NCBI RefSeq assembly: GCF_009914755.1
Contig: NC_060934.1
Length of the DNA: 64,000 bases
From: the human T2T-CHM13v2.0 reference genome, Homo sapiens
Reading direction: 5' to 3' (one strand)
This document shows positions 1-14,632 of the stretch, piece by piece. The stretch's first letter is position 1. Each line of letters starts with the position of its first letter. Made by a program: the position numbers and the translations under genes. The notes under the pieces are model-generated. The model saw only the letters and a program-made list of their open reading frames with translations, had not been told where the DNA came from and did no database searches.

Positions 1-462
1 TCCTGCAACTGCACTTCTAAGGGAAGAAAGCTGGGTCATAAACCCCTAACCCCCGACTCACGCCAGCTATTTAAATGAGCCCACTCCTTTTACTGATTAA
101 CATGGCAAGGACGCACTGATGCCTTCTAATGAATGTAAAGGCAAGAAGCCACACTGGGTGGCCCTTACTTGGAGGCAGACTCCCTAGAGGGCCAGATGCT
201 GACGCCCCTCCCATGCTAGGATCCCACTGATAGAGGACCCTGTCCCTCCACATCAATGATCATCCTGGGAGCATCCCAGGTCCTACAGGAAGCCACCCCT
301 GAGGGTGTTGTCACAGGCAGGGACAGGAAGCACTAGAGAAATGGTTCCCCACCCGAGTGACTAGGAGAAGTCCTGGTGACTGCACGCAGGGCAGACACTG
401 TTCCCTCCCACAACGTGAGGCCCTTCCCACCTGATGGGTGGGCAGCTGGACCGGCCTCGGCT

Positions 463-1020
463 TCTGATGCCTCATCTGTACTGCAGGGACAGAATCCTTC
501 CTTTTGAGTTTTCTGGGAGGGATGAAATGAGATAATACCTTCAAAGTGTTATTCATCACTTTCTTGTGGATTCCCTAACTTGAGGAAGAAAAGGTATAGA
601 TGGAGAAAAATAGGCTGAGAAAACAATGTCTGTGGCCAGTCCTTGGGGAGCCGGATGAACCTGCAGTTGACACCCAAAGACGGCTGCCCAGGGTCAACGG
701 AACAGTCCAGGCTCGGGGCACGTGCAGAGGGGTGGTTTCTGGCTTCTCATCACACCAACAGGGAGCAGTGTTGGAACGTTGCCAGGAGAGTGGTGAGCAG
801 CTGCCCTGGGCACTGGAGGGGCGGCGTGGGTTTAAAGGCCAACACCACGGCTGTCCAGTGGAACGCTGTCGGCAGCGTCCTTAACTGCCCCTGCCTCTGA
901 TGCCTCATCTGTACTGCAGGGACGGACTACGCCTTCCTTTTTGTATCCTGGGAGGAATGAAATGAGATGATACATTCAGAGTGTTTAGCACAGTGCCTGA
1001 CACATAAGAAGCCCTTGTTT
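463..1020 (+). mobile_element. MIR-derived segments (463-551 and 896-1020)
   Basis: MIR core-like cctcatctgta...gatgaaatgagataata...gtgtttagcacagtgcctgacaca. Confidence 0.6.
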
Positions 1021-3014
1021 CATTTGGTATTAACTCAATTAAAATACATTCTCAATGGAGTAGGTTATCTTGAAGCTCTGTTTGCTTGATCGCCTGGGGA
1101 AGGGGGTGCGGGTGGCACACAGGAAAGGGTGAAGAACCGAGTGTCTGTCTGAAGGTGATGATTATTTCAGATCGGCATTGTCTTTGTCTAAGCTGTAATC
1201 AACAGGCCTTCACAATGCCAGGAAAGAGTGACGTAGCTGACTGTCATCACAAGACGCTGCTCCTCCTGGGGATGGCTGGTCTCTGATGAAGAAGCTACAC
1301 CCATTTCCACAATACGGATGCAGAACAAACCAGTATTTCATTTATTAAAACAAGGCAGGAAGAGAAGCTCTAATCCATTCTCTCTCATGCGTATCTAATA
1401 GGTAAGGCAGATTATTTCAGTATTTTCATATTTTCTCTTTAATAAGGGCATGTCAGATTTTTACCATGTTAAACTGCTTTCACCAGTGTGAACCACAGAG
1501 TGCCATGATAGACATGGAGAAAGACCAGCCTCGTTCTCATTTGCCTTTTTCTAGCACCACTCTTGCTTTCATTTACTTATTCATTTATTCAACAAATATT
1601 TATGGAGTATTCGCGGTGCCTCCGACCCACGGTTCTTCAGAAGCCAAGATGAGGGCTGTGAGGAGCAGAAAAGGTGGTCACTAGTCATGGGTTTCTGAGA
1701 GCCTGAAGGACCCTGCAGCTGGGTCTCTGGTGATGACACCCTAGGGAGGCCGCCTAAAGGCCCCAGGCCCCATAGCTGCACAGCGGCCCACCAGTGACAC
1801 CCCCAGTCCACAACCTGTCCTTTGTCGAGAACGCAGAGGCACAGCCATCTTTGAGGCAAAGCGGCTGGACCGGAAGACCCACTCGGGTCTCTTTTGGACC
1901 CCCGTCTCACATTCCTACCCTTGGTGTCTCTCTGTGGGGCATTTCTTAGCTCTCAGACTCATCCAGTTCTCTAGCTGAAGGCAGAATTCCACACGAACAA
2001 CTCTCCTCTTGGGGATGGCATAACCAGCAAGATGCATGAGGCCCTCGGCAGTGCTGCCGCTGGATCTTCCTTGTCACTCCAGAAGCCTGCACCTCCACAC
2101 CACTGCACCTCCAGAAGCCTCATGTTCAAAGGACACAACCTGCTTTTTAGTGGGGAAACTGGTGCTGGTAAAAGCTACATGGGGCACATGCAGGAGACAG
2201 GACCAGCTTCCAGGCGCTTCTGGAAGTTTCCACACTTACGAACGAGACCAAGGAGAAGGGCATACAGAAGACAGTGAGGGAAGAGGCGGCCTGTGTCTTC
2301 CTGGTGTTCATGAGCATGCCAGCCCTCAAGAAAGAGAGGCTTTGCCTCGTAACAAGGTCAAAATACCAACAGCTAATGCTTAGTATGGAAACAAGCAGTG
2401 AAAAGGCAAATCGTGTTTGAGGATTCATAAGTTTGTAAAAGAAAGAGGAACATAGAAACAGATGTTAAACTTGAAGCATTCTCTGTTTTTGGAAAACCCT
2501 TATAAGCAGGATATGATTTAAGAGAAGCTTTAAAAGACCCTGAAAATGAACTGTTTACCATATCCAGTAGCACTATCTAGAATGGATGTTTACTGATCAA
2601 ATAGAAACCTCCCAAGATGAGGGCCCCAGACCACCACATCAGAGACTCTCCCTAGGTTGCTAAGTCTCTCATTAGTTACAACTGCCGCTGATGACAGGAG
2701 ATAATTACAAGTTATTCTCATGGGTAACTAACAAAAAAATCTTACCAGAATTCCTGGGGCTATGCAGAGAAGAGCCAATTATGGTATAACTTTCAGCTTC
2801 AAACCTCTGCTATGTTAAGTGTATTTTACAGCTTCCTCTGATTATAATATTTCAAAGGAAACACATTAAGGAAACCCTGAGTGCCTGATAACAGCCTTTT
2901 ACATATTTTAATGGTCGTTAAGTATTATTTAGTTTTGGCTACTTGTATTTTAAGCATGCAGTTTCCTCCATGTGCAGATAACACAGTTTTTCCTCTTTGC
3001 CTACTTCCTCTTAC

Positions 3015-3043
3015 TGTGTGTGTGTGTTTGTGTGTGTGTGTGT
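3015..3043 (+). repeat. Interrupted (TG)n microsatellite
   Basis: Seen directly. Confidence 0.9.
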
Positions 3044-4946
3044 TTCAGCAGGCAAGCTTTGGACATGGCCTGTGAGTCTTTTCCTGGACCACGTCAGTGC
3101 CTTTCATGCAAAGCCCACAGCCAGTTTCATCACTACAGTCTGTTAACTGAGACCATTTAGGAGCGGGCTAGCATCTAGATGAGCTCTCTATGGAGTCAAC
3201 GACTTAAAAAGGGGAAAATGCCAAGTCTTTAGTGTTATTTGTCAAATTGTCTGTGAAGAGAACATGTTTTGGGGTACACAGGGAGTCCCTGTGGCCTGGA
3301 AACTGTCCTCACCCGCAGCACCTGCAGTGGGGAAAGCTCAGGCACCCATGCCTGGTCATTCCCTCCTCCCCATCCAACCTACCTCTCCCTTGTCCAGCCC
3401 CTCCCCTCTGATCGGAGCGGGGAGACACCCTAACCCAGTACTCAAGCATCCACCGGCTGTCTGAAACTCAATTTTTTCAAAAGTTTCAACTAAGAGATGC
3501 GGGCAGTTGACAGCAGTGGGTTCTGAAGCTAAGCCATCAAGGGGAGCAAGGGCGGAGTCTAAGTCTCTGCCAGCCAGAGGTACGGGGAAGCAGAAGCTGT
3601 CAGGGAAGGGAAGAGGAGCAAAACAAGTACCCGGAGACGCACAGATGGGTGGCAATGGGAGGCAGAGATGGGTGGCAATGGGGGACAGAGATGAATGAGT
3701 CCCCAGGGGAATAACCCACAATCCAGGGGGACACCTTCTCATTCCATTTCTAATGAGGCCAGCCAGTTTTTCTCCATTTCCTATGAATGGTCCGTGAATC
3801 TCTCCATGAATCCTTACAACGACCCCTCCCTTTCCTTTCAGGTAGGTTCCACTTCCTGCCTCCCAAAGGATCTATGAAGGAGGGAAACTTTACTGCTAGG
3901 AAGTCTTCAGCCTGGGGGCAAGGAGGGCCCCTGAGCCAGGGGTCCCACAGTCAGGCTTCACAGTCCATCTGCTGTGCTTTAAACGCTGGTAAAGTTACCA
4001 GTCATACGAATGATGGCCCAACACGTTAACATGTAGCTTCAAAAAACAATTACTGTCTACTCATCAATTTAGATAAACTATGTATGAAGGAGAACCAACT
4101 CTTGGTCCTTCTCCACTACTTGCACCTAAGAGATTTTTAGCAAGTTCACATGCTCCTTTGTCTTTCTCCCCAACAGAATTGTCATTCTTCTCCTGTCCTA
4201 GATGCTCAGTACTACTTGATCTGCTAATAGTGAAAGCTCAAAGCAACAGCCCCCTCAGCACATTAGGAAACAAGTGTCCTGTATGCTCAAAAATCTCATC
4301 AAAGCTTCATGTTTGTGTTTTGTTTTTTTTAAAGTTTTACTAGAAGTCCCTCGAGTAAGAAAGGGAAAAAGAAAAAAAAAGTAAAAAAATTTTACTAGAT
4401 AGAGCTGGTCTTTAAATCAGAAACTCTGTTCTAAACTGATACTAATCATTACAGGGTAAGGAACAGTCCTGACCATTCTCACCAGACAATGCTGATATTC
4501 CAGCTAAGCCCCAGATGATGGATAATCCTGCCTTCCATGTATGCTCCCTTTACAACGTCCACAGAAGAGCAGTGTTATGTGCATTATCTCGTGTAGACAG
4601 GTCAGGATGCAGTCTTTATAGGCCTCTCCAGACAGGAAAGGGACACAGCTGGGCTCTGAGAGCTGTCACACGTCCATGCATGCCAGGGGGAGGGTGGAGG
4701 ACAAGGGACTGAGAAAAGACCATCCAGCCATGGTAACCCCAGGAGCTCACAGAATCAAGTGCTCCTTTCAAACGAAAACAGGCCTCACCTGGGGAGAGCT
4801 CAGCCAGGCCCAGTGCTGCTGCAGGGTGGCAGCCCCAAGGCATCTGGCAGCCCGGGGGGTGGGGAAGTTGTGGCTCAAGCTGGGCTCCCTCCATTGCTGC
4901 ACTGAGCAGCCATTGATGGCCAGTGACATCCTCTGGGCTTTGTGTT

Positions 4947-5275
4947 GGCTATGGTTTAAATGTTTATTCTGTCTAAAACTCCTGTTGAAATTTAATTGCC
5001 ATTGTAACAGTATTAAGAGGTGGGACCTTTAAGAGGTGATGAGGTAATGAGGGTTCCACCCTCCTAGGTGGGATTGGTGCCCTTATAAAAGGATGAGTTC
5101 AGCCCTCTCTTGTTTGATCTCACTCTCTCACCTTCTACCATGAGATGACACAGCAAGAAGGCCCTCATGAGATACCACCACCTTGACCCTGGATTTCCCA
5201 GCCTCTAGAACTGTGAACTGATAAATTTCCATTCATCATAAATTACCCAGCCTGTTACAGCAGCACACATTGGAT
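4947..5275 (+). mobile_element. ERVL-MaLR solo LTR (MST/MLT1A-like)
   Basis: gctatggtttaaatgt...ggacctttaagaggtgat...ccagcctctagaactgtga...aattacccag motifs. Confidence 0.8.
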
Positions 5276-7850
5276 GAATGCAATGTTCTTCAGTTCTAAG
5301 ATAATAATATTGCCAACATGCCTAGGTCTCCACTATTCTGTCAGAATAAAACAAATTTTCATTCAGCCCCTGTGGCCTTCCAAATGACCTTGATCTCCAT
5401 CTTTCCCAGGACATGAGTGGGGTGTTGAGGACTGGCTCAAAGTGTGGGGACACACTTTAAGGCAGCCCTCAACCAAGAAACTGCAGAAGAGGAACTCTCG
5501 TGACCCTTCCCAATCACGCTGATGGCTTCAAGTTGGACAGGGCTATCCCGGGCCCCAGGTACCCCCTAGACCGGGAGGCCAGCCCAGCAGAGGTCACTGT
5601 GTGGGATGGAGGAGGCAGCAAGACCACAGCTGTGCTTTTGAGTAACCAAAGACTGGGATCTGACAGCACCATTTATTCATCAGATTCAGAATTCACATAA
5701 GCCATAGCAGTATTGGCTTTTTTTTTTTTTTTTTTAAATTTAAGCTGTTAACTATTGACACCTATTTACTTTTTCCCAAAGCACTTTGTTTCTGATGGGG
5801 AAAAACAATTCTCCTTCATGCCTACCTTTCTGTTTCCCTCCAATTTTCAGTTCTCTATTGGGCACCTAAAAAAAAAAAAAGTCTTTCATTTCAACCCAGG
5901 GAACCTTGCAGCCAGTCTCTGAAGCTTGGGGCACTGGCAGGGATGTCTGCAAACATGTATGCATTTGCTATTTCTACCCTAGGAGCCAACCTTCAATCCA
6001 AAAGCCACTCTACACCATCTAAGTGAATCGGCCAATCTCAACAACATGGACAAGAGGCCAGATCTGTCGAGAACTCTGTCATCTGTATGAAAACATCCCA
6101 GGGCTACACAAAGCCACTTATCTGAGCCCTTCACTCAGGATGGAAACAAAGGCAGCTTGCAGATCTGATTATGCCGTAGTCCTCAGGAACCTGTTACCAC
6201 ACAAGGGGCTAGAAAGTCCTGAGCGAGTTGTGGATGAGGTTGGCGGCCACACTGCCCACACAGAATTCTAAAGGGGATTCTCCTGCCTCCCACCGTGAGA
6301 CTCAACTCTGATCCAGCCCCTCAAATTTGAGGGAGACCCCACGTAACCTACATGGTCCATCTGCAGGGATTCCATAGCCCTGTCTTTACTTCATTAGAAA
6401 CTGACCGTTCTGCTTTTCAACAGTTGCTACAATTGGGGAAAGAATAAATTGAGCACATGAGCATGTATTAAATAACCATATATGCCCTGTACTGTAAGAC
6501 TCTGTACAAGAAACAAAAGAAATAGGAGACAAGGTACAATCTCAGTACCTTGATATCCAAGTTGGAAGGTACAAATATACTCAGCAGAAAACTAAATGAA
6601 AAAACAAAACAAAAACAAGCACCCGTTTGTGTGGTAGTCACTAAGGTTATCTGAACCCTCAGACAACTCACCCATAAGACCCCTTTTCCAGCTCCATGCT
6701 GGAAAATGGCAGCCAAGAAAGTGAAGGCCTTGACAGTAGTCGACAGAAGTGTGAGTTCTGAAGCACAAGGTGAAAGAGAAACAGCTTCCAGCCCCTTCTT
6801 CATTGTGATTTTCCCCCCTGAGCCTGGCTCCATCAGTGCTAACTCCTCTTGCTCTTCGCTGGAGAAGCATCTGACTTGGCAACTTAAACCTGCTTTTACT
6901 ACGCTGGGCAGAAACAAGGGCTCTCACCTTTGCTTTTCTCCAATAATGTGTTAAGTGCTCTGACTAAAAACAAAATCCTTCCCATTTTTGCCTGAAAACT
7001 GTCAACCAACAAGGAAGGTCCTTTGTCTGCAAGGGTGACCTCGAACCATGGAAGGCGAGTTCATTCCCATCAGACTTGCCTGTTTTGTGTGTTTGTTTGT
7101 TTTTCTTAAAGAAAGGTCCCTGATTCCGTCTGTGTCCTTTGTCCATATCTAACTGCTGACATGCAGTTACATAACACGCTCTGTAGACTCAGAGCTCTTC
7201 CTCCCCAATCTGTGCCTGGTCCCAGTGCAGCACTAAAGGCAAACACAGTGTTAGGAAGGGATGACAAAGGTTTCCTCCAGGTGGAAACCGCCTGGGAGAG
7301 GGTTTCAGGGCTCCTCTCCCAGCCTGGCTCTGTGGCAAGCTGCCGAAATTCTCTCCTTTTTTACCATCCTGTTCCCCTAGCTAAACCGCCCTCTCTTTTT
7401 GTTGTAAGGAAACACCCACAGATGCAGCTGTATTCAGATGGGATGCCCACATTAGGGCCAGTGTGTGTGCAAAGAAAAGATAGGTCAGAAGCCAATGGAA
7501 TGATATGAATATACCAGAAGAAACGTTTTGTTTAACAAACGGAGGGGAATACAGAGCCCTTTTCACTCTCTGTAACCTGCAAAATATTGAATTGTGTTAA
7601 TAAGAAAGCCAAATATACTGTGAATGGGTGCGTGGTTGTGAAATAGCTTTTACAAAGTTCTAAAATGACTCCTATCTGAGGCAAGATGAAGAGATTACAA
7701 GGGAACCAAGAAGCAGAGTCCTAACACATGGCATTTAGCATGACAGAATGTGTTTACTCACTGCTATTTATTGAAGGCCCATTATGGCCAAGCCCTGTGC
7801 TAAGTGCTGCTGGAACACCCTGAATATCACAGTGGAAACAAGTGATCTTG

Positions 7851-8134
<284 letters not shown>

Positions 8135-8137
8135 GGT

Positions 8138-8451
<314 letters not shown>

Positions 8452-8572
8452 CTAATACCATTTCTCCCTCCTTGGCCCTGGCCAAATATAGATTTGAAAG
8501 AGTTTACCTACACATCACCCACCGCCAAACTCCTGAGTCAAAAGAAAACGGTGGGTTCACAGTGAAACTTAC

Positions 8573-8853
8573 CCCGCCTCCGAGGTTCTGGAAGCAGAAG
8601 TGCTCTGGGGCTCCCCGTGGCCTCTCGGTGTGCTGCGGCGGCTTTCGGAGTCACTCACATGTCCTTTCCCCGCGGACGTCTTACGATGTGCGAGGGCCGC
8701 AGGGCCATCCTCATGCCCGTTCTGCAGGCCCTGGCCTGCTCGTGTCCCAGTCCTCGCTGCCTGGCGCCCCTTGGGGTTATCCTCGCGTGATGCTGGGGGG
8801 TCTCTTGACAGCTTGTATCCATGAGAGATCAGGAGGTCTTCTACACTGTACAT
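8573..8853 (-). CDS. JCAD: JCAD/KIAA1462 first coding segment (281 nt, phase-2 donor); CDS continues in exons beyond position 1
   Basis: Translation MYSVEDLLISHGYKLSRDPPASREDNPKGRQAARTG... matches the JCAD N-terminus as I recall it. The ORF's apparent TAA stop lies inside a canonical donor GG|GTAAGT (plus-strand ACTTAC at 8567-8572). Confidence 0.93.
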
Positions 8854-8865
8854 GATGCCTGGGCT

Positions 8866-8892
8866 TCAGCAAAGCTCAACCACTGGAACCAT
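8866..8892 (-). promoter_or_regulatory. uORF MVPVVELC* in the JCAD 5'UTR (extends to 20 codons from an exon 1 ATG at 20538)
   Basis: gccaccaccATGG GTT... reads ATG GTT CCA GTG GTT GAG CTT TGC TGA, then AGC CCA GGC ATC ATG (main start). Confidence 0.8.
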
Positions 8893-9612
8893 GGTGGTGG
8901 CAGGACCCAGCACTGCAGGACAACAGAGAGCTCTATTTGTGACTAGGTCTCCCTAGAGGTCAGTCTGACACCTCCTCCTCCCGTGGTCCCCCCACCAAAC
9001 CAGACCATGGCGATGGACACAGCACAGAACCTGCACAGAAAGAGGGGACACAGGGATGGCTCTGCCTGAAATTACTCTCCATTCTATTCACCTAGAAAGT
9101 GGGTGTGGCTCTGACTCTAAATGATGTGGTGGAACCCTGAGGACCTCACCCTTCGATGGCTGCCTCTGGTAGAAGAGCATGTGGCACGGTGCTTAAGCAG
9201 TGACATGATTAACACTGTCCACCTTCCCCTTGTCCCACTCACCTACAAACAGCAGGCGGAAGGAGTGCGGACAAAAAAAATACAGACCTGGGAGCTGCAA
9301 TGACTGCTTCATGTTTCTAAAAAGAGAAACCACCAATATCCAGCTTAATCTTAGGACACGCCCCTGCTTTCATCTTGTAGACATACCTTCTGCTCTAGGA
9401 GAGAGTGAGATCTTTAATCAACACAGTCATGATACAATTCAGCGGAAGCCATCGAAACAGCAACTGCCAGGGCAGCCACCCCGGGGCAGTTAACTAGCAA
9501 CCAAAAATAGATTTTAACTCTTTGGGTTCATGACGAGAAAACAACACACTGATCAATCATACACACCCAACTCACTACACAAGCCCAGAGTTCTCTTTTC
9601 CTTATGAAAGTC

Positions 9613-9945
<333 letters not shown>

Positions 9946-11074
9946 TAGATCTTGGGGAAAAGTTTTTGCATCTCTCAGCCAAGGATGTCCACACCCAAAT
10001 CCTGCTATAGTACCTGAATCAACAGCAGCAACTTCCTCCAGTGTAAACTGCACAAAACAAGAGTACCCACAAAGAAGAATGAAAATGGGCAGAAACCTAC
10101 CTACGAGCAAAAGAGGGAGAGCCGCCCTGTTTATTCCTACATGAGAACATCTTTCTTCCTAAGTCTTCCCTTTGATGATAAGGCGTAAGACGGATTGGTC
10201 AGACGGATACACCCACCACTGCTTCTACGGGGGCTGATGGTAATGCTGGCCTGGGTGAGAGACACACAAAAGCCACAAAAGCCAGCCCCATCAAAAAGCT
10301 CAGCCAGCTCCAACCCCACTTCACTGGTGGACGGAAATAGAGCCGCTGCAGCCATGGCGAACAATGGCCAGGAAACGCCTGCTGGCCCGTGTGCAGGTGA
10401 AAGGAAGATGCCTGCGGCATGTGCTTCCTGTCACTGGGAGCTCTTACTCGGGTCTGTCGCACAATTCTGCTTGCCTGTCCTCACTCTTCATCACCTGCTA
10501 GATTACAGTAGGGAAAGTCTCGCCTGTCAGCATGGAGAGTATCAAACTTTGGAAGTTGATAATTTTCCATTATGTCCCTACATTTTATGGAAGCTGACAA
10601 GCTCTGGCAGCTACTGTACTAATAGAAAAATCTCCATAGCAACTCTGCCACTCCTGACACTCCTACTGCATGTCTTTCAAGGAGTTGTACAACTTGGGTC
10701 ATTTGCTTCAACAGACAAAGAAGGACCAGAGAAGCAAGGGTTTGTTCTTTAATTCAACAGAGTAAGTTCCACCATGGGAGGGATTACAGAGGAATGAGAT
10801 CCCATCACAAGCAAAGGGCTTTAGGAACACAGAGTCAGGCTTTAGGGCAGGGTCTTTGGTTTGTTTGATGCTTTATCCCCAGCAACTTGCACACAGTATG
10901 AACTCAATAAATACTTGTTGAGAAAATGCACAAATGAGAGACAGAAGTGTTTGAGCTAGGTTTTGAAGAATGGTTAGGAGTTCATTAGGCAAAGAGCATG
11001 TGTTTGTGTATGAGAAGGGGAACTGGCATTTAAAATAGATTATGAGTAGAATTATCCCAAGGGTAAAGAAATGG

Positions 11075-11400
11075 GGCCAGGCACAGTGGCTCGCACCTAT
11101 AATCCCAGCACTTTAGGAGGCTAGGTGGGTGAATCACTTGGGGCCAGGAGTTTGAGACAAGCTTGGCCAACATGGTGAGAGCCTGTCTCTACTAAAAATA
11201 CAAAAATTAGCCAGGCATGATGGCAAACACCGGTAATCCCAGTTACTCAAGAGCCTGAAGGAGGACAATCGCTTGAACCCTGGAGGCGGAGGTGGCCATG
11301 AGCCAAAATCATGCCACTGCACTCCAGCCTGAGTGACACAGCAAGACCCTGTCTCAAAAAAAAAAAAAAAAAAAAAAAAAAAAGAAAGAAAGAAAAGAAA
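11075..11400 (+). mobile_element. Alu SINE
   Basis: Full dimer with long poly-A. Confidence 0.92.
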
Positions 11401-12286
11401 TTAATGGCTTAGTAACAGAATCCTGGCAGACTAGAACAAAGTCCCCAGGCTCACTGGTTCAACATCACACACAGGGTCAGCATCACAGTTAAAGTTAGCA
11501 TTAGGTCTCACAACACTCAGTTTCTCTCTCTTACTATGCCGGGCTCTTTAAAATAAAAGCAAATTGCACTGTACTCCAAATGGCCACCGAATACACTAAG
11601 GAACAGGCATGTGCAGCACACAGCTGGTTGTGCTACAGTCCATTTGTCAGAATGGCAGAGAAGACATAACCCTCACAAAACACAGATGTGGGCCATTTTC
11701 TTCCTGGGGCTGGATAGGTTGGTCCAATATGGTTATGTGTTTGCATGGTAATTATATTTAGCAAGAATATCTTTCAATCGTAGTTAACTGATTCTTCCCT
11801 CCCCACCAGCCCAATAAACTCTTCCTCTACCAACTCCAAGGAAAAACCTGAACTATAAACCCAGGATTGCAGCACACATGAAATCTAATAACATCAACTA
11901 TTCATGACCATCTGTAATGTGCTAGATTCTGTACTGGCACACTTTCATTCATTCTATGCTTCCAGCAAACTTCTCGACGTAGACAGGAATGTTTCCATTT
12001 TCACAAGAAAACTGAGGCTGACAGTCCAAGGTTACACAGCTTGTGTTAGATCCATGGTTTGAACTGGGTCTGTCTAGCTTCAAAGTTCAGGCTACTAATT
12101 TAGGTTCACTCATCTATATTTTCTTCCTTAACATCAAAAAAGTTTCCTACTTTACCAAATAATCCATACACATAAATAAGCTAAGAGAGAAGGCATGGTG
12201 GCATTAAAATTAAAAACCATATATTTAAAAGGAAAAAAATTCTCCTTTATTCTCTAGGAGCAGAATGGCTCTTCTAGATGACTCTT

Positions 12287-12348
12287 CTCACACACCACAC
12301 GCACACACGCACGCACACACGCACGCACACACACACACACACACACAC
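12287..12348 (+). repeat. Compound (CACG)/(CA)n microsatellite
   Basis: Seen directly. Confidence 0.9.
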
Positions 12349-14319
12349 AAGAGTTGATGCCTCACTTGGCTATAATGTCTTGATGGCAACGCTGGTGTTA
12401 ATGTTTAAATGCTCAGTAATATGATTCGTTCTTGAATACACCATGCAATTGCCTTGTGACCTTAACAGACCTCTTTCATCATTTGGAGTTTTGAGCTTTT
12501 CATAAATAACATGGGGCTATCATAAAGCCTGCTGTATGAAACTGAAATGTATACAAACGACATCTATAATAAGTGGGAGATGAGTAACTTTAAAAAAATA
12601 AATTCTTAAAGAAAAAAAAAGTCCTATATAGAAATAGCCATTCTTATCTGCAACATTAATAGAATTTGGACTTAATTTGAATAGACAACAGCAAACTACA
12701 AATGGGTTTGGGCAAGGGAAATCTGGCAGAAAAGCAGGGGACTAAAGTGGATAGAGCGAGAACAGATGGGGGACCTGTAGTTACAAGTCCTTTCTATTGT
12801 AACATGCACAGGGGGCTGGCAGAGGGGATAAGAAAAAAAAGGAATAATAAGAGTAATTTTCAGGAGAAGAAGTACAATGGATTTTAGCCTCAGTGACGAG
12901 GATAATGATCATTCCATTAATAGAAATATAGAAACTGAAAATAATTGTTGGTTTGAGAAGATGACAGCTCATTTTATTTTGATTTAACCAACCTAGTCTC
13001 ACAAAATTCTCTTTTCCCCAAATCATCAAATGGATTCTCATCAAAGATTAATGATTTGTCCTTCCAAAGAACCTGAATAAGACCACTTGCAGTGATCTTA
13101 TTGCATGGCACCTTTTCAAAGTTCTTTAAATATTAGCTCTATGGTGTCTATTCAAATGGAAGGGATTATAGAATTAGGAAGTTGCTGTTAACGATCCACT
13201 GACATTGGGCATGGGGCTGGGTTACCTCCCGCTTCGCTGTTGGGATGAGTGTCTGTTTCTCCATGGTGCACGGTATTTATCTGTGAGGTGAATCAAGCCT
13301 GAGTCACTGCACAGGAGGAAAGGAGAGAACCCTTTGGGTCTCAGTCTTCTCCTGAAGGAGTAAAATGAGAAGGCTGAACTAGAGGTTCTTTAGAGTCCTT
13401 CTAGCTCTAGGAAGCAGGCCCCTTTCTCTAGCCTATTCTCGCCTGTGATGAGCAGCAGGCATCGAAGTCAGCTGCCCCAGGAAAAAGAGTACAGCTTGTG
13501 GCCACGACACAGAACAGGGCTAAATAGGTCATCTGAAGACAGAACCTCTGACCTTGGCCTTATTAGCACCCATGCAGAGGCCACCCAAGAGAGTAGGGAT
13601 AAATGGCCACCCACTGAGGAAAGGAGTGGGCTAGGGAAGGCAGGCCAGGAGCGAAACATCCAGCAATTCTCCATCCCAGAGTGCGGGTGCTGCACGCTTA
13701 CGCCAACGTAAATTCATCAGGGCATTTGTTTTACATTGGAAGTGCCAGGCACTGGGCTGAAGAATATAAAGACAAATAAGACCCCGTCAGCACCCTCCCT
13801 TGCGATGCTATGGTCTAGGTGGTATTATTTCAATTACGGATCTTCTCATCACTAAAGGTTAGGACTGGCAAATGAATGCCATTTAACAGGTACCATCTTC
13901 TCCTTCCTTTCCATTTATAAAAATAAGCATTTTAATTCTCATATTTACAGTTATAATGCTCAAGACAGTGAAAGGAAACAAAACATTAAGGAACTCATTA
14001 AATCAACCAGAACTTTTTTCCTTTTTAAAATTGGCCTAGAACACAAACTAAAAATTAACTTTAAAAAGAGAGACAAATATACTATTAAAAAGATGAAAAG
14101 CATGGTCACCCTCACCTGTAATCAAAGAAATGCAAATTAAACCAAAATGCCATTATTCACTTATGAGATGATTAAAGCTTTTAAAAAGCAATGCTTGTTG
14201 TTGGTAAGGGCATGAGGAGCTATAAGGGTTCTCCTGTTTGTGTGTGTATAAATGGTGGGGGGTGGGGGGTGCAGGCTATATGTAAATGAAAATGAGTATT
14301 TCCCTTCTTAAAAGTGATT

Positions 14320-14632
14320 AGCCAGGTTCACTGGCTCACACCTTTGATCCCAGCATTTTGGGAGGCTGAGGCAGGCATATCACTTGAGGTCAGGAGTTAG
14401 AGACCAGCCTGGCCAATATGGTGAAACCCCACCTTTACTAAAAATACAAAAATTAGCCAGGCGTGGTGGCGCTCACCTGTAGTCCTAGCTACCTAGTAGG
14501 CTGAGGTGGGAGGATCCTTTGAACCTGAGGTGGAAACTGCAGTGAGCGGAGATTGTGCCACTACACTCCAGCCTGGGTGACAGAGCGGATACTCTGTCTC
14601 AAAAAAAAAAGAAAAGAAAAGAAAAGAAAAGA
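14320..14632 (+). mobile_element. Alu SINE
   Basis: Full dimer with GAAAA tail. Confidence 0.92.

Larger units (their letters stand above)
8573..8912 (-). other. JCAD: JCAD exon 2 (340 nt: 59 nt 5'UTR + 281 nt CDS)
   Basis: Minus-strand acceptor ctctctgttgtcctgcag|TGCTGG (AG at 8914-8913); donor GTAAGT at 8572-8567. Confidence 0.88.

Noticed and set aside
2032-2277. ORF containing LLFSGETGAGKS, a Walker A (myosin- or RecN-like) motif at 2152-2175
   Set aside because: The flanking residues show no NTPase or myosin similarity that I can recognise. The ORF is short, intronic and antisense to JCAD, so a chance match is most likely. A tBLASTn/HMMER hit extending beyond the motif would reopen it.
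3642-3683. Short tandem duplication agatgggtggcaatggg (similar case at 33231-33260)
   Set aside because: Common slippage micro-duplications.
10195-10752. Longest ORF in the track (185 aa), antisense to JCAD intron 1
   Set aside because: Non-ATG start, no recognisable homology and no exon support.
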